Source: Desulfobacterales bacterium
GTDB lineage: Bacteria; Desulfobacterota; Desulfobacteria; Desulfobacterales; UBA5852
DNA length: 64,000 nucleotides
Reading direction: 5' to 3'
NCBI GenBank assembly: GCA_963674755.2
Contig: CAXXVS010000002.1
Span: 2,464,001 to 2,528,000, forward strand
The translations under genes were made by a program, and so were the position numbers. The stretch's first letter is position 1. Each line of letters starts with the position of its first letter. A model generated the notes under the pieces. That model saw nothing but the letters and a program-made list of their open reading frames with translations, did not search any database and was not told where the DNA came from. Positions 48,500 to 58,534 of this stretch are shown piece by piece.

Positions 48500-50280
48500 G
48501 GGGTCTTTTCCTCCGGGTGGCAGGGCAGGCGCAGGGTGAAACGGCTGCCCCGCCCCAGGGTGCTGTCCACCGTCAGCCGGCCCCCGTGGGCCTCGACGAT
48601 CTTGTGCACGATGGCCAGGCCCAGCCCGGTGCCCTTGGGTTTGGTGGTGAAATAAGGATCGAAGATCTGCTCGCGCTGCTCCGGTGCAATGCCCGGACCG
48701 GTATCGGCCACCTCGATGTCCAGGTAGCGGCCGCGGTTGCTCCGGCAGCACACCGTCAGGGTCCCGCCGTTTTCCATGGCCTCGATGGCATTCAAATGGA
48801 GATTGAGCAGACACTGGGCGAAGCGGTCGGGGTCGACCCGGACCGGACAGAGGGCGTCGTCGATCCGGGTTTCGATGCGAATCGCGCGGTCGGCGGCATC
48901 CTGGCGGACCAGCTGCAGGGAGCGCGCGATCAGAAAGGGGATGTCGGCCTCTTGGGGCTTCAAATCCGTGGGACGCGCAAACTCCAACAATTCGGTGATG
49001 GCCCGGTTGAGGCGGTCCACTTCCTGGGTCATCACATCGGCGGCTTCCCGCCCCGCGCTGCCTGTGGCGAACTGCCCCGCGAAGAAAGTGGCCAGGGCCT
49101 TGATGGAACTCAGCGGATTGCGGATCTCGTGGGCCACCCCGGCGGCCAGACCGCCGATGGCGGCCAGCTTCTCCTGCCGACGCACTTCGTCCTGCAGGCG
49201 GCGCACCTCGCCGAGATCGCGCAGGATGAGCACCTGGCCCACATAATCGCCATCCGCATTGACGATGCGCACCGCACTGAGGCTGATCGGGACTTCGTGC
49301 CCCCCCGGCGTTTTACAGGCCATCTCTTGTTCCAGAATCGTTTTACCCCGCTCCAGGGCCTCCCGCAGTCCGCACAGGCTTTGGGGCAGGGTCTCATCGG
49401 CGATCCGGCCCCGCAGGCGGTCCAGATTCAATCCGGTGATGCGCGCCGCCGCTGCATTGTAAAAGGCGATCTGCCCCGCCGGATCGGTGGCGATCAGCCC
49501 CACCGGCAGATGGGCCACGATTTCGTCGGCATAGGCCGTGGTGTCCTGCAGATTTTTCTGGGCCACCCGATAATTCTGCATCCAGGACAGGGAGACCAGT
49601 CCGCCGAAGCCCAGGACCAGAAGCACTGCCGAAAGCACCACCGTATTGAGGATATCGCCGCGGATGGCCGCCTCGAAGGGGGAAACATCCAGGCCGGCCA
49701 CGATGAGCAGCTGATTGAGGGGCTGGAACCAATCCTCCCGGCCATTCGGCAGGGGGCCGTGCTGGGGTCGCATGGCCGCCGGGTGGCTCCCGTCCGGTTC
49801 CAGAATGTTGTCCCAGGGCCGGAAAGGGCGATGCACCTCGAAAACAAGCTGCCCCTTGGCTCCCTCCACCAGCTCCCAGTCTTCATCCTGTTCAGGGCCC
49901 AGATGCCGCAGGGGCCGTCCTTCGTCCCGGAAAGGCTTCCCGATAAGCGCCTTATCGCTGTCGGCCACGACCCGGCCGTTGCGGTCCACCACGGCCATAA
50001 ACAGCACGTCCGGCAGACGCGCCGTTTCTTCCAGCAGGCGCTGCACTTCCTGCCCGTGCCAGCGCATGCCGGTCATGCCGGTGCGCGCTCCGGCCTCCAC
50101 GGCCTGGATCAGGGCCGCCCCTCTGGTTTTAAGGACCAGGGCCATATAGCGCTTTTCACGGTTGGTATTGGCGATGGCCAATACCATGACCACCACCAGC
50201 AAAATGGCGGTCGAGCCCAAGATAATCCAGGGAGAGGTCTGCAGCCCGGGCGAGGGTTTCCTTCTCAGTCGAACGGTCAT
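48496..50280 (-). CDS. Sensor histidine kinase (ZraS-like)
   Basis: Two TMs, PAS, AGVAHEIRNPL, NAIEAM, DTGPGI, FDPYFTTK, GTGLGL. Confidence 0.93.
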   Translation of the reverse strand: MTVRLRRKPSPGLQTSPWIILGSTAILLVVVMVLAIANTNREKRYMALVLKTRGAALIQAVEAGARTGMTGMRWHGQEVQRLLEETARLPDVLFMAVVDRNGRVVADSDKALIGKPFRDEGRPLRHLGPEQDEDWELVEGAKGQLVFEVHRPFRPWDNILEPDGSHPAAMRPQHGPLPNGREDWFQPLNQLLIVAGLDVSPFEAAIRGDILNTVVLSAVLLVLGFGGLVSLSWMQNYRVAQKNLQDTTAYADEIVAHLPVGLIATDPAGQIAFYNAAAARITGLNLDRLRGRIADETLPQSLCGLREALERGKTILEQEMACKTPGGHEVPISLSAVRIVNADGDYVGQVLILRDLGEVRRLQDEVRRQEKLAAIGGLAAGVAHEIRNPLSSIKALATFFAGQFATGSAGREAADVMTQEVDRLNRAITELLEFARPTDLKPQEADIPFLIARSLQLVRQDAADRAIRIETRIDDALCPVRVDPDRFAQCLLNLHLNAIEAMENGGTLTVCCRSNRGRYLDIEVADTGPGIAPEQREQIFDPYFTTKPKGTGLGLAIVHKIVEAHGGRLTVDSTLGRGSRFTLRLPCHPEEKTP

Positions 50281-50603
50281 ACGCCGTATCCTTGAAAACA
50301 CCGTCCTGTAGCCATCTCTATAAAGTATCTATATCTGACGGAATGTAAACATAGCGGCCCCGCCGGGACGGCGCGCCCGGGGTCGGAGCAGCATTTTCCG
50401 CACGATTCAGGCAGGCACGGCCCGCCTCCGTTTTTTGGGGAGGGAAGGATCATGCGGGACCGGGCTTTCCCGGTGGGGCTCCTTGGAGAAGTGTCAAAGC
50501 ACGCCGGATGCTGACAGGCACATCCCGGCACCTCCCGGACCTTGCGGATTCCGGACACCCGGCATGCTTTGACGGGGCAGATGGTGGGCCCAGAGGCGTG
50601 ATC

Positions 50604-50900
50604 TCAGCAGGAAAGATCGCTCAAGGCATAATCCGGCTGGTCGGTCGGGCCGTCCGGATGGGCCGCGGTGCGATAAAGCAGGCCATCGGCGCCGATTTCG
50701 TAATCCGGCAACGAACCCGCCCCCAGGGGGTGATGGGGGCAGCGGTAGATCTTCCCGTCGGCCCGCAGCTCATAATCGGGGTTCTCCGACCACCCGCGGG
50801 GATGGTCGACGGTCGGGAAGAGCCGGCCTTCGTCAAGGAGATAATCCGGTTCCGTCGATCCGCCCAGATGATGGGTCGCCGTTCTGAAAAGTTTGTACAT
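50604..50900 (-). CDS. Small protein with four ~24-aa repeats, under cobalamin riboswitch control
   Basis: RBS AAAGGAGG; four repeats of pattern (L/I)(F/Y)xxxxH(P/H)xGxxxxPDY. Confidence 0.8.
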   Translation of the reverse strand: MYKLFRTATHHLGGSTEPDYLLDEGRLFPTVDHPRGWSENPDYELRADGKIYRCPHHPLGAGSLPDYEIGADGLLYRTAAHPDGPTDQPDYALSDLSC

Positions 50901-51034
50901 GGGGCATCCTCCTTTAAAGGGTAGCAATGCCCGCCGGAAGCGGTCGCCGGATGTGGTGGAAGCGGGGAGGGACAACCCCTGCCAGGACTTCCCTCCCCGC
51001 TTCCACCGGGGTGCGGCATCAACCGGAACACCAT

Positions 51035-51071
51035 AAAAAAAGCCCTTCAAACCTCTACGGTTTGAAGGGCT
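51035..51071 (-). terminator. Intrinsic terminator of the riboswitch expression platform
   Basis: Minus strand AGCCCTTCAAACC-loop-GGTTTGAAGGGCT followed by a T run. Confidence 0.85.
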
Positions 51072-51180
51072 GCACCCATCTAGCTTGACCCTTGTTCAAT
51101 CCGACCGGCCGGGCCTTCCGTTGTTCAACCGAAAGTCCTCCACCGATCGCATTGTCAACCGTCTTCCCGCGGTAGTTGTC

Positions 51181-51345
51181 AAGGCAGGTCTTCTGACTCC
51201 CGGGTCGTTCTACTCTCCAGGCCTTCCCGTTCGATGGCAATCGAACAGTGGCACGTGGGCGGATTTCGTCACCGGTTACAGCGGCGGGACCGTTCCCGAT
51301 TTGCACGGGATTCCCTATTAAGCCTTGCGGCACCTTGGGGATAGT
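51181..51345 (-). ncRNA. Cobalamin (AdoCbl) riboswitch
   Basis: Minus strand AGGTGCC...AATAGGGAATCCCGTGCAAATCGGGAACGGTCCCGCCGCTGTAA...GCCACTG...GGGAAGGC...AGTCAGAAGACCTGCC (B12 box). Confidence 0.95.
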
Positions 51346-51411
51346 TTTAGAGGAGACCGGGAGACAATGTCAAGCTCAAATACAGGGATATCGCTTTGGA
51401 TGGCCAACGCC

Positions 51412-51828
51412 TTATCGTGGGCCGTTGGCGTTAAAGAAAGTGCCGAAAGCGGCATCGGTCTTGCCGATATGCGCCACCAGCCAGTTCTTGAGAAAACGCA
51501 GCAGATCTTCTTTAAGCAAGGCCCCGCTCCTTTGGTAGGTGGCGATGTAATAGGCGATCTGGGTGACAAAGGCCTGGTGTTCTTCGCGGTGGGAGTCGAG
51601 TTCCGGGTAGCCGTGATCGATCATCATCTCTTCTTCGGCATCGAAATGATCCCCGATATAGTTGGTCAGGGCACCAAGAATCTCGGTCATCTCGTCCCCG
51701 GAGGTCCCCCGGTCCTGGATTTGGATGAGCTGGTTCACGATCGCGACCAGCCGCTGGTGCTGGGTATCGATCTCCGGAATATGAAGCGCCAAACGGTCAT
51801 CCCAGACAATAGGATCCATGTCCGTCAT
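51412..51828 (-). CDS. Bacteriohemerythrin
   Basis: IDTQHQRL, HFDAEE, HREEH, WLVAHIGKTD. Confidence 0.92.
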   Translation of the reverse strand: MTDMDPIVWDDRLALHIPEIDTQHQRLVAIVNQLIQIQDRGTSGDEMTEILGALTNYIGDHFDAEEEMMIDHGYPELDSHREEHQAFVTQIAYYIATYQRSGALLKEDLLRFLKNWLVAHIGKTDAAFGTFFNANGPR

Positions 51829-53642
51829 TCCTCGATAGAAACGATTTTGGCCACGATCAAGGTCATATCATCGGTCCGCCTGGTGCCACAAGCATGGGCG
51901 GCCGACGCATCGAACAGCGCTCCGAGGATGGCCTCGGCCGGCTGATCGCGACGCTCGCGCAGGATGTCGCGCACCTTGGCTTTCCCGAGCATGCGTCCCC
52001 CGCAGTCCATCGTCTCCCAGACGCCGTCCGTTCCGAGCAGAATAATATCCCCGGGCTGCAGCCCGGACGTTTGCTGCGTCCGATAGATCCACGCGGGATC
52101 GACCCCCAGGGCCATCCCCGGGCCGCCCAGATCGTCGAAGCGATCCTGGCCGCGTCGGTAAAGCATGCCCGGATCGTGCCCCGCCCGGACCCACCGGAGC
52201 TCACTATGGGCCCTGTCGACCAGCAGGGCCAGCAGGGTCATAAAGCGTCCCGAATCCCCCACATCCAAGGCAATCTGGCGATTGACATCGGAGACCACAC
52301 GTCCGATATCATCGCGGCCGTCATAGCGCTGGCGCAAGCCCGCCCTGACCGAACTCATGAGCAGGGCCGAGGGGATGCCGTGCCCGGCCACGTCGCCGAT
52401 GACCAGCTGCAGCGCATCCCCGTCGGTCAGGTAGTCGAAATAATCACCACCGGTCTCCTCGCAGTATTCACTGCGGCCGGCCACATCCAATCCCGGAAAA
52501 GCAGGCGCCCGGGCCGGGAGCAGGTTTTGCTGCACCTCTTTGGCCAAATCCAGGGACTGCAGGAGATGGGCCCGTTCCTTGAGTTGGGCGGCCATGGTGT
52601 TGAAGTTGTGGGTCAGGGCCCCAATTTCATCCTCGCTGCGCTCCGGCAGGGCCAGGTCGAATCGGCCGCGGGCAATATCCCCGGCGGCGACGGAGAGCTG
52701 GTTGACCGATTGGGCCACCTGACCGGCCACGCGGCGGATGAGCAGCAGAATGACCAGCACGAAACCACCCAGCGTCAGGAAATAGTATTTGCGGAAACGA
52801 AGGATGGGGCTGAGAATCTCTTCGCCGGGGGCCAAAACGACGATATACCACGGGGCTTCTTCGAGCCGGCAGAAGCCGCTGATCTCACGCGGCGGATGCC
52901 CTTGGCCCCGCAGTGTACCGGAATCGGTTTTCTGCATAGCGGCCAGGGTTTCCTCTTCCACCGGATCCCCCGTTCCGCCCAGTTGTTTGCGCCCACCGCC
53001 CGCCATGCTGACAAAAATCTGGCCGGCGCGGTCGGTCAGGAACGTTTTCTGGCTATGCCACCAACGGGCAAAGGGCATGTCCTGGAGAAGATAATCGAAA
53101 TCCAGAACCACCTCGATCTCGACATCGGCCGACGGCTTGTCGCTCACGGCGCGTGTTATGAGGGACACCGTACGATCATCCGTATCCGGGTTGTAATGCG
53201 GTTCAGTGATGGTAAACTCCCGTCCGCGCCCCATCGGCCCGGAGGCACGCCCCAGCCCGGCGTTCATCCGGCCCATGCCGCCGCCGGCCCCATGGGTATC
53301 CCGGCCGGTGGCGGCGGACACGCGCTGACCGTTGCGGTAGACCGCCATCACCCCCGGGTGGTCGGCGAGTTCCTTGAGGATGTCGATCCCCCCGGCCGGC
53401 GGACGCTGGTCGTTCTCCATCAATTTCAAATACAGGTTGACCCGTTCCTTGGGCCGCGCCAGCCGCAGGTCCACATGGTGGGCGGCCAGCCGCAGCCTGA
53501 GGATGGCGGCCTCCTCCCATTGGGTAATAATGGCATTGCGGCCGTAGACAAATCCCACGGCCCCCATAACGCAAAGGAGGAGCGCCACGGGAAGGAGCAT
53601 AGAGACTACGAAGCGCTGCTGCAGGGTTTTAATTTTCAGCAT
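51825..53642 (-). CDS. Membrane SpoIIE/PP2C phosphatase with HAMP domain
   Basis: Two TMs, HAMP (DEIGAL..NFN.M), TGGDYFD, GDVAGHG, RAGHDP, TDGVWE, DDMT. Confidence 0.9.
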   Translation of the reverse strand: MLKIKTLQQRFVVSMLLPVALLLCVMGAVGFVYGRNAIITQWEEAAILRLRLAAHHVDLRLARPKERVNLYLKLMENDQRPPAGGIDILKELADHPGVMAVYRNGQRVSAATGRDTHGAGGGMGRMNAGLGRASGPMGRGREFTITEPHYNPDTDDRTVSLITRAVSDKPSADVEIEVVLDFDYLLQDMPFARWWHSQKTFLTDRAGQIFVSMAGGGRKQLGGTGDPVEEETLAAMQKTDSGTLRGQGHPPREISGFCRLEEAPWYIVVLAPGEEILSPILRFRKYYFLTLGGFVLVILLLIRRVAGQVAQSVNQLSVAAGDIARGRFDLALPERSEDEIGALTHNFNTMAAQLKERAHLLQSLDLAKEVQQNLLPARAPAFPGLDVAGRSEYCEETGGDYFDYLTDGDALQLVIGDVAGHGIPSALLMSSVRAGLRQRYDGRDDIGRVVSDVNRQIALDVGDSGRFMTLLALLVDRAHSELRWVRAGHDPGMLYRRGQDRFDDLGGPGMALGVDPAWIYRTQQTSGLQPGDIILLGTDGVWETMDCGGRMLGKAKVRDILRERRDQPAEAILGALFDASAAHACGTRRTDDMTLIVAKIVSIEE

Positions 53643-54011
53643 GGGCGCGCGCCAACCTTATCATCTGCGGATCATGGCCCCGGTTCGGAAAGCGCCTGAT
53701 GGCAGCAGGGCGGCTTGCCCTGGGTGATTTTGGCCACCCGGTAACGAAATCTCTGGCCTGGTAGACTTTGATGCCGATGCCCACGAAAAGACCTCCCGCC
53801 TTGGGGAACCGATCATTGGGTAGCAGCCCCCATGATCGTCAATGGCGGCGAGCTTGTCAAGACGCGTCCAGTCCGGGTTTTGATCTTTCGGTATCGCGGG
53901 GCGTTCAGGTCTCGCTATCGACCTCCGGATAGAGCCGGGCCATGCAGTCGGGGCAAACCCCGTGGGTAAACTGGGCTTCCGATTGTTCGGCGATGTAAGC
54001 TTCGAGCGGAT

Positions 54012-57000
54012 TTATTCCTTTTGATCAAGGACTTCCCGCACCATTTGCAGCATTTCCGGAAGATGGAAGGGTTTGGCGATAAACCCGCGCGCACCTTTTT
54101 CAAGCGTCTCCCGGACGGTACCTCTGGGGGAATAGCCGCTGGCGACGATGACCCGGGGGGGCTTGTCGTGCGCCATCAGCTGGGTCAGGCAATTGGCCCC
54201 ACCCATGCCGGGCATGTTCAGGTCCAGGATCACCAGACCGATCTCCGCCCCCCGGCGCGCATGAATCTCGAGACCTTCCTCGCCGCTGGCCGCCTCCAGG
54301 ACCGTGTAGCCGAAGCGCCCGAGCAGATCGCGACCCAGCCGGCGGACCACGGCGTCGTCATCGACGATCAGGATGGTTTCCCCCCCGCCGACCAATTCCG
54401 CTTGCGGGGCCGAGGTCTCCTGATCTATCACTGCCAGCCCGGCCACCGGGAAGTAGATTGTGAATATCGTCCCCTGCCCCTTCGCGCTCGTGCAGGTAAC
54501 CGCCCCCCCATGGCTCGTGACGATGCCATATACCGTGGCCAACCCCAGGCCGGTGCCTGAACCGGTTTCACGGGTGGTAAAAAAGGGCTCGAAAATATGC
54601 TGCCGGGTTTTTTCGTCCATCCCGGCGCCGGTATCGCTGATGGTCAATTGAACGAATTCACCGGGCGAAACCGCCAGGCGACGGCCGTCTTCATCTTCCA
54701 AGCGGACCTTGGCCGTCTCGAAAACCAGCCGCCCGCCATCCGGCATGGCATGGCCGGCGTTGATGCCGATGTTCATGATCACCTGCTCCAACTGGACCTT
54801 ATCGACCCGGATGATGGGCAGATTATGCCGAAGGCGGGTTTCGATCTGAATCATCTTGGGCAGGGTACGCTCCAGGAGGCGGCAGGTTTCCCGGATTTCG
54901 CGATTGAGGTTCAGGGGCACGGGATTGCTTTCGATCTTGCGGCTGAACGTCAGTAGTTGGCGCGTCAGTTCCTCGGCATGACGCGCGGCTTGTCGGATGG
55001 TGGCCAACATTTCCCTGTCCTGCCTAGGTCGGGCCTCGTCCATCAGCAAAAGTTGGGTAAATCCCGATATGGCCTGCAAACTGTTGTTGAAATCATGAGC
55101 GATACCGCCCGCCAGCGTGCCCACAGCCTCCATTTTCTGGGATTGCAGCAGCTGGGCTTCCAGTCGTTTCTGGGAAGTGATGTCCCTCAGGAATACGATG
55201 ATGGCCGGCTGGTCCTCCCACTCGATCCGGACGGCATTGACTTCGACCCACTTTACATCGCCGTCCCGGGTCATCAGCCGGATGCTGTAGCTTTGGGGCA
55301 GCTCTTCCCCGGCTAAGCACCCCATGTGCCTGGCGATGACAAGCGCCCGGTCGTCGGCGTGGACCATCTCGGCAAAGTCCTGCTCCAGCAAATCCTTTTC
55401 GTCATACCCCAGAAATACCTGGGCCGTTCGGTTGGCAAAACGCAGCTGCATATCCTGAATCACCAGGATGGCATCGTGGGCGTTTTCCACCACCTGCCGG
55501 TATTTTTCCTCCGAACGGCGCAGCACCTCTTCGGCCTCCTTACGCTCGGTGATGTCCCGCCCCTCCGGAATCAGCATGACCACGCGGCCATCGGGGTCAT
55601 TGACCGGCTTGAGGGAAAAATCGATGTAATGCCGGCTATCGTTCCGGGCGATATGGACGGTTTCGAAACGGCAGAATTCACCGCCGGCGGCCCGCCGAAC
55701 AACATCTTTTATCCGCGCCGCACTCGCGGCGTCGTGCGGCCAGAAGGGCGCCTCCCATAACGGACGGCCGACGATATCGGCCGCGCACAGACCGAAAAAG
55801 TCCAACGCCGTCTGGTTGGCCTCCTGAACGACGCCGTCGGGATCCAGAACACCGGTCAACTGAAAGGTCTGATTGAAAATGGCCTGGAACTTGAGGCGGC
55901 TTTCCTGCAGGACAGCCTCGGTTTGTCGGCGCTCCTCGATTTCGGCCACCAGATCCCGATGGTAGGTTTGCAGTCGCGCCATGAAATCATTAAACATGCC
56001 GCCCAGACGGCCGATTTCGTCACCCCCGGTGACCGGCACCCGGGCTTCGTAGTCGCCGTTCCGCCCGCGTGCGATCATCGCCATGAGATCTTTGAGCGGA
56101 CTGGTAATGCTGGTACTGATCCACAGGGTCAGAACGATGCAAAGGCAAACGGCCGCTAGGATAAAAACGAATAGGATATCGCGTGCCTGCTCGACCGGGG
56201 CATAGATCACATCGATATAGTCGGTGGCCCCCACGATCCAGCCGTACTCGGGGATCGAACCATAATAGACCAGTCTTTCGCGGGCCTGTGCCTTCCCGGG
56301 ATCATGCCTGGTGTAGGTCAGACGGCCGGACTTCTCCGCCAGCATGTGTTCGAAAACCGCCCGGGGCATTTCCATCTCAAAAACAGATCCGCCGTCGAGC
56401 CGCGGATGGATGACCGCTTGACCGGTTCGGTCGGCGACAAACACATAACCGCTGGGGCTTGGCTTAAAGGACAGCACGCTGCTGCGGAGGTCCTGCATGG
56501 GCAGCAGGGACTTGAACTCGTCCCGATAGGCCGAAACGGAAATGATCCAGTCAAAGGGCTCGAAATAGACCATATAAAGCACCTTGGCGCGCGCCACCGG
56601 TTCTCCCGGGTTGCGCCATTCGTATTCGATATACCCTTCTTTGCGGCGGATCTGTTCGGCGGACAGCGGATATTGGGAAAGATCCTTCCCTTCCATGTCG
56701 GCTTTGGGATGGACCACGGCCACGGCCCGGCTGTCAATACAGAAAATATAACCGGTTTGACCGATCACCTGGGCCATCAGCACACGTCGAATCCGTCGAC
56801 GGGCTTCCGCCATGGTCATCTCGCCGGCCAGGGCCTGGTGGTAGAGCAACGCGGCAATCCGGCGATTGTATTCGGCGATGGATTTGAGGTGGGTCTTGAT
56901 GGCGGTCGTGGCGTTGGTTTCCACCAGATTGGCAATGGAATCGGTGGCCTGTTGAAAATCGGACTCGATATGGGAGCGGATAATGGCCCGCGTCAGGTAA

Positions 57001-57128
57001 ATCGCACCCAAACCGCCGATCACGAGCATCGGGATTAAAAGCCCGATATAAACGACGAGCAGCTTGCCGCGTATCTGCATATTCCCAAAGACGGAGAATC
57101 CGCCCATTGCTGACGTTCCCTGTGTCAT
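54012..57128 (-). CDS. Hybrid sensor histidine kinase (Cache-HAMP-PAS-PAS-HisKA-HATPase-REC)
   Basis: GYIFCID...HP Cache domains; QKMEAVGTLAGGIAHDFNN; FEPFFTT; GTGLGL; C-terminal receiver. Confidence 0.93.
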   Translation of the reverse strand: MTQGTSAMGGFSVFGNMQIRGKLLVVYIGLLIPMLVIGGLGAIYLTRAIIRSHIESDFQQATDSIANLVETNATTAIKTHLKSIAEYNRRIAALLYHQALAGEMTMAEARRRIRRVLMAQVIGQTGYIFCIDSRAVAVVHPKADMEGKDLSQYPLSAEQIRRKEGYIEYEWRNPGEPVARAKVLYMVYFEPFDWIISVSAYRDEFKSLLPMQDLRSSVLSFKPSPSGYVFVADRTGQAVIHPRLDGGSVFEMEMPRAVFEHMLAEKSGRLTYTRHDPGKAQARERLVYYGSIPEYGWIVGATDYIDVIYAPVEQARDILFVFILAAVCLCIVLTLWISTSITSPLKDLMAMIARGRNGDYEARVPVTGGDEIGRLGGMFNDFMARLQTYHRDLVAEIEERRQTEAVLQESRLKFQAIFNQTFQLTGVLDPDGVVQEANQTALDFFGLCAADIVGRPLWEAPFWPHDAASAARIKDVVRRAAGGEFCRFETVHIARNDSRHYIDFSLKPVNDPDGRVVMLIPEGRDITERKEAEEVLRRSEEKYRQVVENAHDAILVIQDMQLRFANRTAQVFLGYDEKDLLEQDFAEMVHADDRALVIARHMGCLAGEELPQSYSIRLMTRDGDVKWVEVNAVRIEWEDQPAIIVFLRDITSQKRLEAQLLQSQKMEAVGTLAGGIAHDFNNSLQAISGFTQLLLMDEARPRQDREMLATIRQAARHAEELTRQLLTFSRKIESNPVPLNLNREIRETCRLLERTLPKMIQIETRLRHNLPIIRVDKVQLEQVIMNIGINAGHAMPDGGRLVFETAKVRLEDEDGRRLAVSPGEFVQLTISDTGAGMDEKTRQHIFEPFFTTRETGSGTGLGLATVYGIVTSHGGAVTCTSAKGQGTIFTIYFPVAGLAVIDQETSAPQAELVGGGETILIVDDDAVVRRLGRDLLGRFGYTVLEAASGEEGLEIHARRGAEIGLVILDLNMPGMGGANCLTQLMAHDKPPRVIVASGYSPRGTVRETLEKGARGFIAKPFHLPEMLQMVREVLDQKE

Positions 57129-57241
57129 ATCTACCCTGGCGCCAGACCAATTGGTGGCATGTGCCGATCCATCTTAAAATGCCCCCGGGAAAGGGCAGTC
57201 GTAGCCGTCACTATGGGATATCGGGATTCCACCTTGGAACT

Positions 57242-58025
57242 TTAGCGGACAATACCGAGGCGGACCTCGCCCCCTTCCCGCAATCCTTGCGCAACATCGA
57301 TCAGGCCACACTCAATGGGCTTGGGGGCCGCCTGCGGATCGATCAGTTCAGTCCACTTCATGCGCCCCTCGATGTCGCCCCGGGTGTAGCCCACCAGATC
57401 GGCAAACCCCTGATTGGCCATCGAAAGGGTCGTATCCTGCTCGCTGAGCACCGCACCGGTGCCGGTGTTGTCGAAAACGGCCCGGTAGCGCTGCTCACTG
57501 AGTCGCAGGGCGTCCTCCACCCGCTGTTTGTCTTTCAGCTGTGTCTGTACCTCTTGCGGAGGATAATCTCATGCTGCCGGTGTTCGGAGATATCCCGCGA
57601 GACACTGACCACACAGGCCTCCCTGCCGATCTCCACCTGGCGGCCGGAAATTTCGAAGGGCTGCGAGCGGCCGTCTTTGATGGTGATATGCGCTTGGAAG
57701 CCGCGTACTTCGCCGTTCTCCCGCAAAAGGTTGACATACTGCCGACGATCTTCCTTATCCGCCCAAAGGTTGATGTCGAGAACCGTCCGGCCCACGACTT
57801 CTTCCCGACGATAGCCCGAAGTCTGTGTGAAGGAGTCGCTGATATCCAGGATCAAGCCGTCCTTCAGACGAGAAATTATCAGGTTGTCCGGACTTGAGAT
57901 GAGGGCGGCCGCCAGAACATGTGAATCTTGCAAATGGGCACTGGCGCTCGACGCCTGCACCCTGAGGCGTTCTTCCAAGTCGGCAATGCGAGCGTCAGTT
58001 CCTCGTAGCTGGGACGACGGGCCAT
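57242..58025 (-). pseudogene. Frameshifted, truncated PAS-domain sensor
   Basis: MARRPSYEEL continues as ARIADLEERL in another frame; PAS (SGY.REEVVGRT); second frameshift before EDALRLSEQRYRAVF; ends within a PAS domain. Confidence 0.7.
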
Positions 58026-58534
58026 GGGAATTCCTCGCGCCGTGCAAATGGCTTGATGGCAGGCATTTCAACGCTTGGGCGGAAAAACAAGAACCCTTTT
58101 TGCATGTACATCTCCGGATCGGTGCTGAATCCGGTCCGAAGCAGGGTGTCCCCTCACTTCAAAGAGGTGTGGCATATCGATGCCGACCTTAAAAAATTGT
58201 ATCATTTTTAATAACTTAAAATGTTAAGCGCTTCTGCAAAGAAATTCGAGGCCCGCGCGCGGCTAAAAACCTTCATAAGGAGGATTTCCCTCGGCTTTCA
58301 GGCGAATTGGGATTGACACGCTTTCCGCTCCTGATTAAGAAAATGTGGCATCCGGCCGGACAGCCGCCTGTTCTGCAATTTCCATCACGACGGCGCACCG
58401 CTCAAACACCAGCCGCGATCCGATAAATCGGTCTTAAAAGGCGCCTTGCCCTGCGCCTTAAACCCATTTGCATCCGTTCCGACATCCGGTGCGTGAGTTA
58501 TTTCAATCTCAGCCTTAGGCGAGGAGGATTGCGC

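Noticed and set aside
50493..50573. 18-bp imperfect inverted repeat downstream of the 4-repeat gene
   Set aside because: Single occurrence with no T-tract or target duplication; at most a 3' stabilising stem
58171..58186. Sigma54 promoter for the PAS pseudogene
   Set aside because: Both elements deviate (CGGCAT...ATGC); too weak to call
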